Of a DNA stretch of 64,000 bases, positions 26,650 to 33,965 are shown one piece after another. A model generated the notes under the pieces. It saw only the letters and a program-made list of their open reading frames with translations, searched no databases and had not been told where the DNA came from. Source of the stretch: an uncultured Pseudomonadota bacterium (GTDB taxonomy: Bacteria > Desulfobacterota > Binatia > Binatales > Binataceae); assembly GCA_963759165.1 (NCBI GenBank), contig CAVWXK010000001.1, positions 666,260 through 730,259 on the forward strand, written 5' to 3'. A program made the position numbers and the translations under genes. The stretch's first letter is position 1. Every line of letters begins with the position of its first letter.

Positions 26650-27021
26650 TCAGAAGGGCAAGGGCGCCTCGGCAGATTTAGCAGCGGCGGGGCGGCGATC
26701 GAGAAACCGGATTTGGCGCGCAATGATTTCGGTGCGGTAGCGTTTGCCGCTGCCGTCCTTCGCCTCGTACGCGCGGGTGGTCAGCCGTCCTTCGACGTAG
26801 ACCCTGCGGCCTTTGCTGAGATACTGCCCGCAGGTTTCCGCCAGCCGTCCGAAAGCGACTATCCGGTGCCATTCGGTGCGCTGCTGCGGGTCGCCGTTGC
26901 GGTCCGTGAAACGCTCGTTGGTCGCCAGCGACAGGTTGGCCACGTTCTGCCCTGACGGCAGAGCATGAACCTGCGGGTCAGCGCCCAGATTGCCGATTAC
27001 GATTGCCTTGTTGATTGCCAT
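26650..27021 (-). CDS. ssb: Single-stranded DNA-binding protein
   Basis: MAINKAIVIGNLGADPQ...TEWHRIVAFGRLAE...VYVEGRLTTR OB-fold signature with a C-terminal ...PLPF tip. RBS is GGAGGA. Confidence 0.9.
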   Translation of the reverse strand: MAINKAIVIGNLGADPQVHALPSGQNVANLSLATNERFTDRNGDPQQRTEWHRIVAFGRLAETCGQYLSKGRRVYVEGRLTTRAYEAKDGSGKRYRTEIIARQIRFLDRRPAAAKSAEAPLPF

Positions 27022-27697
27022 TGTTCTGTCCTCCGCTCTTTGTTGCGCCCGCTTCCCGTTCATCGGGCAGGGCGTGCCGCCTTGCTTTCATCACCGCGCA
27101 ACTTTTTTCCGCGCGGCCCTCTCACAAAAACTGGAGGGCCGTGCGCAGATTCCTGGATGTGCGAGCGGAGCGGGCGGCAGGCCGTGCCAGAGCGCAGCGG
27201 CCCGAAGGGATGGCGCGGCGTGCTAGCGCAGCGAACGCCACCAAATAGGGGTTAGGGCTTCGACTTAAAGGGAAAGGCTGACGGGCGAGTTTGGAGGTTC
27301 AGCAGGGCAATTGCGGAGGCAACTCGCAACCGGTCCTGAGGCCGGACGCGCATCGAACCGCCAAAATGTCGTTTTTATGGTGACAAATTATGGGCCAAAA
27401 GTGTTGAGGAATGGTTAAGCCATTGAACGAATGGCCCTATTGGCCCATTTTTGGCGAAGACCAAAGGCACGCAGTTATGCACGCGGCTACAACTTGGGCC
27501 CCCCTGGAAAGCCCTTGGACTCAACTCCGGGCTCGAACGTCGCGTTTGCAAACCACGTGGTCTTGGTGCGAGCCTGAACCGGAAGTCAAGATGGTAATCC
27601 CGAGAACATCGTCATGTGCGGAACCGCAGTTGCACCCGAAACCTCACGGGCGCGTCTCAACGTCCGTCCGCTCGCCGCACGACTAAAGGACGATAAA

Positions 27698-29524
27698 ATG
27701 GTTTCAAAGTCTGAATGTCTCGACGCAGTAAAGAGTCTGCGAGCTAACCAGGCCGTGGAGGCCTCTGATGAGAACATCATCGCGGCTATTCACTTAAACA
27801 ACACTCATGGTCTTGGTATTGACGCAGCGCTCGACCAGAGTTCGCGTAGTGGGAATGATCACGGTGTGGATGCTTGGTATTACGATGACACCAAGAAGAC
27901 GCTGATCGTTTATCAAAGTAAACTCAGTGAGAGCAAAGCCGCGGCCTTGGCTGGATTGGCCGACCTCAATAGGGCGCGTGCGTGGCTGGAGGAAGTGATA
28001 ATCGCTGGAACAGTAGCAACCATCCCAAATGACAATCACTGCTTATTTAATCTCTACACGAAACTTTCGGAAGTACGGAACACTCTTCAACGTGTCGAGT
28101 TTGAATTGGTATCCTGTTTCAGCAAGAACGACTTGGAAGATGCGCCAGAATACAGCGAGTTCGAAAGTGGCCTCGCCAAATCTAAACTGAATGCGTTCGT
28201 TAAGGGCCAGTTAAGCGGTTCATTGGCAGTAGACCTTGCAGAGTACAACCTCTTACCTACCGTCTGCATACCTAAGACGTATCCGTTAATCAGACTTCCG
28301 CATTCCCGAATCGATTTGAGGCACAACGCCCATCTGGATTTAGCGTACATTCCGCTGCACAGCCTCGTCGAACTTTACCGAGTCAGAGGTAATGTACTAT
28401 TCGATAAGAACGTGCGGCTTTCGTTGTTAGAAAAAAAGGATGCGAGCGAGCGATTGATTCATCCGATAGAAGATACCCTGAAGAGAATCACCTCTGGCAC
28501 TCTAAGTCCGAACATTTTCCCCTTTTACCACATTGGCGTAACCATTGCAGCCAGGGTTTCCACCGCCCAAAACAAGGATATGCTGACTTTAGAGGCTCCT
28601 AGTATTATCAATGGCTGTCAGACAATCACCATCGCCTATGCGTACTTCAAGGAGCTTGAAAAGGCAAACAGGCCAGAGGCAATTGAGCGCTTCAAGCAGA
28701 TCAAGGTGATTGCCAAAATTGTCGTGGGCACAACCAGCGAAGAGCTCAAGGAGATTACCAATGCCAATAATCGGCAGTACCCTATCGAAGATTGGCAGCT
28801 ATTTTCAAATGAACCAATACACATTGAGATCGAACAAACACTGAAGGATATCGGGGTGTTCTATGAGCGACAGGAAGGCAAGTTCGATGCTGTGATGAAG
28901 AGTGCGGACAGCGCGAAGTATTACATCAACACCAACGGTACTTACATTAAGGTTGTCGATCTCGGCCAAGTAATTGCGTTGGCGCGGAGGGATCTGCGCT
29001 GGGCGGCGAAGCCTTCGGAGATTTTCTGGAACAAACAAAATCACGACAGAGTATTCGACAAAGCCATCCCAAGGTGCCCGAGAGATATCGTCTTCTGCTT
29101 GAACCTCCAGAAGGCGATCAGACGCGGCTTGAACGTGTACTTGGAACAACCCACTCTCGCCAACAGTAGTGCCCCCAAAATCTTTCAGAAGCCGTTAGTT
29201 AGAGCCTACTTATCACGTACCGCTCTGCTATACTTTTACCAGAATCCGAAGAATGAATGGATTCGCAAGGACTTTTCTAAGAAATTATCGAAGAAAGCTA
29301 GCCCGACGCTTGTGGAGGAGATGCAGACGTTTTACCTGAAGGTCATAAGCAAAACCAAGAATTGGTACACGGGCGAATCGCAAGGATTGAAGGTTGAGGT
29401 CTCTAAGAAGAATATGGACTCGTTCTTCGGCGGATTAGAGATTGAATTGGGGGTAGTCGGGACTGAGGGTTCAATTCCATTTTCGGGCACAAGCATTGAC
29501 TGGACGAAACATGACGAGGATTGA
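27698..29524 (+). CDS. AIPR-family (abortive infection phage resistance) protein
   Basis: 608 aa from the ATG at 27698 (RBS AAAGGA). It has the ...IINGCQTITIAY... motif typical of AIPR and is visibly more AT-rich than its flanks. Confidence 0.65.
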   Translation: MVSKSECLDAVKSLRANQAVEASDENIIAAIHLNNTHGLGIDAALDQSSRSGNDHGVDAWYYDDTKKTLIVYQSKLSESKAAALAGLADLNRARAWLEEVIIAGTVATIPNDNHCLFNLYTKLSEVRNTLQRVEFELVSCFSKNDLEDAPEYSEFESGLAKSKLNAFVKGQLSGSLAVDLAEYNLLPTVCIPKTYPLIRLPHSRIDLRHNAHLDLAYIPLHSLVELYRVRGNVLFDKNVRLSLLEKKDASERLIHPIEDTLKRITSGTLSPNIFPFYHIGVTIAARVSTAQNKDMLTLEAPSIINGCQTITIAYAYFKELEKANRPEAIERFKQIKVIAKIVVGTTSEELKEITNANNRQYPIEDWQLFSNEPIHIEIEQTLKDIGVFYERQEGKFDAVMKSADSAKYYINTNGTYIKVVDLGQVIALARRDLRWAAKPSEIFWNKQNHDRVFDKAIPRCPRDIVFCLNLQKAIRRGLNVYLEQPTLANSSAPKIFQKPLVRAYLSRTALLYFYQNPKNEWIRKDFSKKLSKKASPTLVEEMQTFYLKVISKTKNWYTGESQGLKVEVSKKNMDSFFGGLEIELGVVGTEGSIPFSGTSIDWTKHDED

Positions 29525-29573
29525 TCTCGCGAGGCCTCTCGGGGAGGAGCGTGCTAATGGCCTGAGGAGTCGG

Positions 29574-29924
29574 TCAGTCTTCGCCCTTGAATTGAATACT
29601 GATGTTGCGAATTTCGTTCTGAAAATTATCGTGGAGGCGTTGAATGATGCTGCTGAGGAAGAAAACTTCCTTGCCCCCTTTTTTGACGGCCCGTATTACC
29701 GCGCGGGTAGCCCCGTGCTTTGTTGGTTCCCATTCAAGCTGACACCCGGCAGCGTTCCTGTCGCCTGTCGGGTGAATTATATTTTTCCCTTTGGTTTGGA
29801 GGTTTCGAATCTCGCGCGGCGGTTGTTTTGACTTCGGAAGCTTCTTGAAGTTCTGCGTTAAGCGATCAAGAAATTCTTGTCGCAGATCGAAATCGCCGCG
29901 CGTAGATATCTGGAGCCAGATCAT
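29574..29924 (-). CDS. Hypothetical protein (116 aa)
   Basis: Lys-rich ORF in the AT-richer segment. A competing + strand ORF (29496..29831) looks less protein-like. No motif recognised. Confidence 0.35.
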   Translation of the reverse strand: MIWLQISTRGDFDLRQEFLDRLTQNFKKLPKSKQPPREIRNLQTKGKNIIHPTGDRNAAGCQLEWEPTKHGATRAVIRAVKKGGKEVFFLSSIIQRLHDNFQNEIRNISIQFKGED

Positions 29925-30233
29925 CTTTTTATCTTGCCTCGGTTACTCGCCCATTTGCGGTTACGGACCGCCGATGCAATGGGCAAAAAACATAGCGGCT
30001 GACGCTCACAAGTGCAAACGTGGGAACGCCTCAATTCTGCTAGTCGGGCGCCTCGATGACGTTGACCGCCTCCTTCAATCCTGTTTTTAGCGCTGCGACA
30101 TATTGGGCCGCGTTCCCGGCTGTGCCGCCCGTAACATGTGTTCACATGTCAGATTGGAGGATGGTGCCATCCTCGGTGCCGGGGCGGGAGCATGGTGTCC
30201 CGCTTTCTCCCGGCTCAAGGAACAGGGAAAGAA

Positions 30234-30564
30234 TGGTGCGGGAGGAGGGACTTGAACCCTCATGAGCGTGGGCTCGGTGGATTTTCTTACCACTACGGCT
30301 TTCGCCGTCCTCGCTGGAAGCGTCAGGTGGCGCTCCGTTGAGGTTTGGGGTCTGGACTATCCCTTCACCGTACCTCGAACATGGTTCGAGGGTTAGGTGC
30401 TGCCCGTCTAGTCTCTACACCTTCCCGGAGGGTCGCTCCGGGCTTGGCTCGGGATTGCCATTTGACAGGTTTCCCCGAATTTGAGCAGTTCTGCATCGTC
30501 GGTTTCCCGGCGAGCACTCAAGTTTGGTCTGAGTCCACTGCGTCTGCCGTTCCGCCACTCCCGC
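30234..30564 (-). tRNA. tRNA-Leu (anticodon CAA) interrupted by a group I intron
   Basis: Exon 1 is 30564-30531 and exon 2 is 30285-30234. Joined, they give an 86-nt class II tRNA with acceptor GCGGGAG/CTCCCGC, anticodon arm GTGGA-CTCAAAA-TCCAC, variable arm GAGC-CCAC-GCTC, T arm GAGGG-TTCAAGT-CCCTC, and CCA. Confidence 0.85.
30286..30530 (-). ncRNA. Group I (IC3-like) self-splicing intron, 245 nt
   Basis: Contains TCAAATTCGGGGAAACC, GGCAATCCCGAGCCAAGCC and GAAGGTGTAGAGACTAGACGGGCAGCACCTAA. From memory these are nearly identical to core strings of the Azoarcus tRNA-Ile and Anabaena tRNA-Leu introns. It ends in G before AAAATCC. Confidence 0.85.
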
Positions 30565-30614
30565 GCGGCTGGTTGCCGAAAATTTTCTATCACACCGTGC
30601 GGCGGAATGTAACG

Positions 30615-31916
30615 TCAGGTTGGCGGTGATTTTTCGCGCGGCTTTTTTGGCTTGGGCCGCATGATGTTGATGGCGGCGGCGTCAAGCTGCGTCTTGATAT
30701 GGGCGGCGTAGTACTTCTCGATCATCTCGACGCTGGTGCGGCAGTTTTTGGCAATCTGGTAGATGTCGGCGCCTTCCATCAGGCGCAGACATATATATGT
30801 GTGCCGGAGGCTGTAGGCCGTTCGGGGCCGGCCCTCGCGGTCGAACCTGAGATTCTCTTCATCGAGGATGGTCTTGAAAAGCTCGCGCTGCCATTTCGGA
30901 AAAATCAGGTCTGTGGGTTCCGGCAGGCGTAATTCTGCGGAGCCGTTCGCAGCGGCGTTTGCGCCGTTGTTCTGATTGGCGGCGTTGCCGGCGCGCGCGG
31001 GGCGCGGTCTGGCCTTCAGTCTTTCAAAGGGGCGCACGGCGCCGCTCATGCTCTTGCAGTAACCGACACCGCGTTTTCCGCGGACCTCGATTTCAAGGAT
31101 GGTTTGACGGCTCGCCTCGTCTTCGACGATCGTCACGTCGCGGAATTGCAGCCGCCATGCTTCATCGGGCCGCAGGCCCGTGTTGGCTGCGAACAGGACG
31201 TAATCATGAAGCTGCTCCGATTCCCATTTGTAGCGCGCATTCTTCGGCTCATGTGCGCGCTTCCGTGTGGCTTCGTAGAGCTTTTTGTATTCCTCGGGCG
31301 AGAACCAGGCGCGGTGCGAGATTTTTGGCGACGCCCGGTAGGGTTCGGAGAGGTCAGGCAGCCGGTCGAGCCATCCGTTGCGGACGGCGGCTTTCAACGT
31401 CTGCCGCAGGGTGACGATTTCCTGATGGGTGGTGTTGCGGGCCGGTGGCTTGCCGCGCTTCTTCATCGCTTCTTCAAGGCGATGGATGCGGTACTCCTGA
31501 ACCTTGCCGGCAGTGATTTCCGAAAGGCCCAAGGGGCCGAAGAATGGCACAAGGTGCACCCGCGACCGCCAGTGCTGGCCGTTCACGTAAACCTTGCTGC
31601 GTTGGCCCTGCGTGATGAGGTCGTATTCGCGCAGGAACTGTTCCGAGGCTTCGGCGAAGGTCTTCTCCGTTTTGATTTCGCCGTTGCGGAGCTTGCCGCG
31701 AAGCTGGAGATACCAGTCTTCCGCGATCTCCTTGGCGCGAGAGAGGCTTTCTTCCTTGGTGGTGGTGCGGCGGTTTTTGCCGCCGAGGTAGGTGGCGCAT
31801 TGCCAGCGGGGACTGTTCGGCCGTTTGTAAACGTGAACCTTGCCGCCCAGGATTGTGTGGTGTTCGCTCACTGAAAAATGCCGTCCGAACACCCCGAAAC
31901 GTAGCAGAATGTGCAA
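30615..31916 (-). CDS. Tyrosine recombinase / integrase (Int2)
   Basis: ANTGLRPDEAWRLQFRDV and SLRHTYICLRLMEGADIYQIAKNCRTSVEMIEKYY. TTG start at 31916, or GTG at 31871. Confidence 0.9.
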   Translation of the reverse strand: MHILLRFGVFGRHFSVSEHHTILGGKVHVYKRPNSPRWQCATYLGGKNRRTTTKEESLSRAKEIAEDWYLQLRGKLRNGEIKTEKTFAEASEQFLREYDLITQGQRSKVYVNGQHWRSRVHLVPFFGPLGLSEITAGKVQEYRIHRLEEAMKKRGKPPARNTTHQEIVTLRQTLKAAVRNGWLDRLPDLSEPYRASPKISHRAWFSPEEYKKLYEATRKRAHEPKNARYKWESEQLHDYVLFAANTGLRPDEAWRLQFRDVTIVEDEASRQTILEIEVRGKRGVGYCKSMSGAVRPFERLKARPRPARAGNAANQNNGANAAANGSAELRLPEPTDLIFPKWQRELFKTILDEENLRFDREGRPRTAYSLRHTYICLRLMEGADIYQIAKNCRTSVEMIEKYYAAHIKTQLDAAAINIMRPKPKKPREKSPPT

Positions 31917-31961
31917 GCATTGTGCAAGTCATGCGAGCGGAGTTTACGGTGCACAAATCTT

Positions 31962-32354
31962 TTATTCTAGGGGATTATTTCTGATTTTGAATTTTGATTT
32001 TAGGATTTTGAGTCCGGTGGCACGTGCGATCTTTTGCAGCGCCATCGGGTCGCGTCCCATCCCCGGCAGGTCGCAGTTGATGAGCGTGTGGCCGCCGGCG
32101 ATCTTGTACTGATCGGCCTCGCGAATCGTCTGGTCGAGGTCGTCCTGAACGAGGTTATCCTTGAAGAGCATCGCATTGCGCCGCACCATCCCCAGGTTCC
32201 GCAGGTTGAGCTTCTGTTCGCTCAAGCCGCGGAGCACGCCCGAATCCGGCGGATGGAACCAGCACATGACGTCGATCGTCAGGTGCACGTGGGACATGGT
32301 CTCGCCAAGCTGATTGGCGTCGATCGGTCCGAGGACAGTGTTGACGGTAGCCAT
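31962..32354 (-). pseudogene. Phosphotriesterase-family (PTER/Php-like amidohydrolase) gene, 3'-truncated
   Basis: The N-terminus MATVNTVLGPIDANQLGETMSHVHL (HxH metal motif) continues to ...QKIARATGL. It then runs into AT-rich foreign sequence (KILKSKFKIRNNPLE*). About 115 of an expected ~300 aa remain. Confidence 0.65.
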
Positions 32355-32489
32355 TGTGATTCCTCCCTCGGCGGCGTTAGCTCGCCGGTCGCGGCGGCGG
32401 GGATTACGCTGGGTTGTCAGATCATAAAAGCGACATACTGCACACCCCGCCGATTTTGCAAACCGTCATCGAGGGGGCGGAGAACCGGA

Positions 32490-33212
32490 TCACTTGCAGG
32501 CGAGGACTTCGGCGAGGTGGCGCGTTTCGATTCCGAATTGCTTGCGATGAAGCCCGCCGCCGATCTGCATCAGGCATCCGGAATCGGCGGAGACCACGAC
32601 TTCGGCGCCGCTCGCCCTTATGCTTCCGAGCTTGTCCTCGAGCATCGCGCCCGAGATGTCCGGGAACTTGACCGAGAACAAGCCGCCGAATCCGCAGCAC
32701 TCACTGGCGTTCTTCAACTCACAGAGCCTGATTCCGCGCACGGCGCCGAGCAGAAGTTCGGGCTCGCGCCTCAGATTCAGCTCGCGCATCAGATGGCACG
32801 ACGGATGGTAAACGACGGGCCGCTCGAAGCGCGCGCCCACATCCGTGACTTTGAGCACATTGACCAGGAACTCCGAGAACTCGAAGATCCACGGGCGAAG
32901 CGCGGCGTGCTTTTCAAGCAATCGCGGCTCGCGCGCGAGCAGGTCCGGATAGAAAACCCGCAGCATGCTCGTACACGAGCCCGAAGGCACGACGATCGGA
33001 GTGCCCGGCTCGCACGCGTTGAGGAAGATTCGCGCCAGACCGAGGGCTTCATCGCGCAGTCCCTCGTTGAATGCGACCTGGCCGCAGCAGAAGCTCCGGC
33101 GCATCCGGCGCACGTCGAGTCGCAAACGTCCGAGTACGGTCTCCACCGCGGCCGGCGCCTCGGGAAAAAACTCTTCGCCGAGGCAGGTCGGAAAAAGCGT
33201 GACCGTTGTCAT
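32490..33212 (-). CDS. lutA: Lactate utilisation protein A / (Fe-S)-binding CCG-domain oxidoreductase
   Basis: MTTVTLFPTCLGEEFFPE...CCGQ...SGSCTSM...CCGFGG. Confidence 0.8.
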   Translation of the reverse strand: MTTVTLFPTCLGEEFFPEAPAAVETVLGRLRLDVRRMRRSFCCGQVAFNEGLRDEALGLARIFLNACEPGTPIVVPSGSCTSMLRVFYPDLLAREPRLLEKHAALRPWIFEFSEFLVNVLKVTDVGARFERPVVYHPSCHLMRELNLRREPELLLGAVRGIRLCELKNASECCGFGGLFSVKFPDISGAMLEDKLGSIRASGAEVVVSADSGCLMQIGGGLHRKQFGIETRHLAEVLACK

Positions 33213-33269
33213 CGTTCGGCGCTCCGCCGCAGCCCGCGCGCTTCGCCGTTCGAGAAAAGTCGCGCGGCG

Positions 33270-33965
33270 TTATTCATGCTTGGGCCAGATGAGCACGACG
33301 TAAAGCTCTTTCGGACCGTGGACGCCCAGCACGATTCGCTTCTCGATGTCGGCGGTTCGGCTCGGCCCGGTGATGAGCACCATCGGGTTGTTGCTCACGA
33401 CCTCGGGACCAACGGTACGCATCAGGGCGGCGAGGTCGGGCAGGATTCGATCGATGTGCAGGATAATTATGCTGATGGGCGGCAGCAGGGAGACCGATCG
33501 CGGCCGCATCGCGTTCGCGATCAGGGCAATCGTGCCGCTGGCCGCGATCGCGTAATCGGCTTCGATAATTCCCAAATCGCAGCGAGCCGTCTGCCGGCGC
33601 ATCCGGGTAAGTTCATCCTTGGCGACCGGTCCGGTACGGATGACCTCGAGGCCACGTCGTTCGAGTTCGGCGTCCAGCCAGGCGAGGTCGGCGGTGAGGG
33701 CCTCGGCGCTCAGCGCCGATTTCGCCTTGAGCTCGAGTGCGAGCGCGGCGATCTTTTCGATCGCCTCGCCGGCCGAGGCGACTTCCAGCACTCGTCCATT
33801 TACGGCTTCGAGTTCGCGCACGAATCTGGAACCGAGTTCCGCACGGCGCGCCGCGAGCGTGACCGGAACGGCTGCGGCGGCTTCGTGCGCGGAAGCACGC
33901 TCCTCTCCGCTGCCCTGTTCGAGAGCGGTTTTGACCTCGGTCAGAAGTTTTTGAAATTGGCTCAT
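33270..33965 (-). CDS. lutC: Lactate utilisation protein C (LUD domain)
   Basis: The ATG at 33965 overlaps the lutB TGA (ATGA). ...IIEADYAIAASGTIAL...PPISIIILHIDRI...ITGPSRTADIE. Confidence 0.75.
   Translation of the reverse strand: MSQFQKLLTEVKTALEQGSGEERASAHEAAAAVPVTLAARRAELGSRFVRELEAVNGRVLEVASAGEAIEKIAALALELKAKSALSAEALTADLAWLDAELERRGLEVIRTGPVAKDELTRMRRQTARCDLGIIEADYAIAASGTIALIANAMRPRSVSLLPPISIIILHIDRILPDLAALMRTVGPEVVSNNPMVLITGPSRTADIEKRIVLGVHGPKELYVVLIWPKHE

Larger units (their letters stand above)
1554..31960. mobile_element. Composite genomic island / integrative mobilisable element(s) between tRNA-Arg and a truncated chromosomal gene
   Basis: Contains two tyrosine integrases, relaxase+MobC+T4CP, ssb/ardC, an IS110 element and defence genes. 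Composition is patchy, with AT-richer stretches at 1.6-2.7, 17.8-18.1 and 27.4-30 kb. It starts 17 bp after the tRNA 3' end. Exact att repeats were not found by eye. Confidence 0.6.

Noticed and set aside
27490-27600. tRNA-like fragment or att repeat (TGGTGCGAGCC...TGAACC, and TTTGCAAA resembling a Cys anticodon loop).
   Set aside because: No cloverleaf can be folded on either strand. Only 7+6 nt match the tRNA-Leu 3' end, which is too short and gapped to call a direct repeat.
30013-30215. Possible gene remnant on the minus strand (...GTEDGTILQSDM*THVTGGTAGNAAQYVAALKTGLKEAVNVIEAPD*). It includes the palindrome ACATGTGTTCACATGT at 30134-30149.
   Set aside because: It has an in-frame TGA, no start codon and no recognisable family. 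It could be debris or chance, so it is not reported as a feature.
30234-30564. Considered tmRNA because of the ~330-nt length and tRNA-like ends.
   Set aside because: The ends form a complete class II tRNA-Leu rather than an Ala-type acceptor with a G-U pair. There is no tag ORF, and the interior matches group I intron core sequences.
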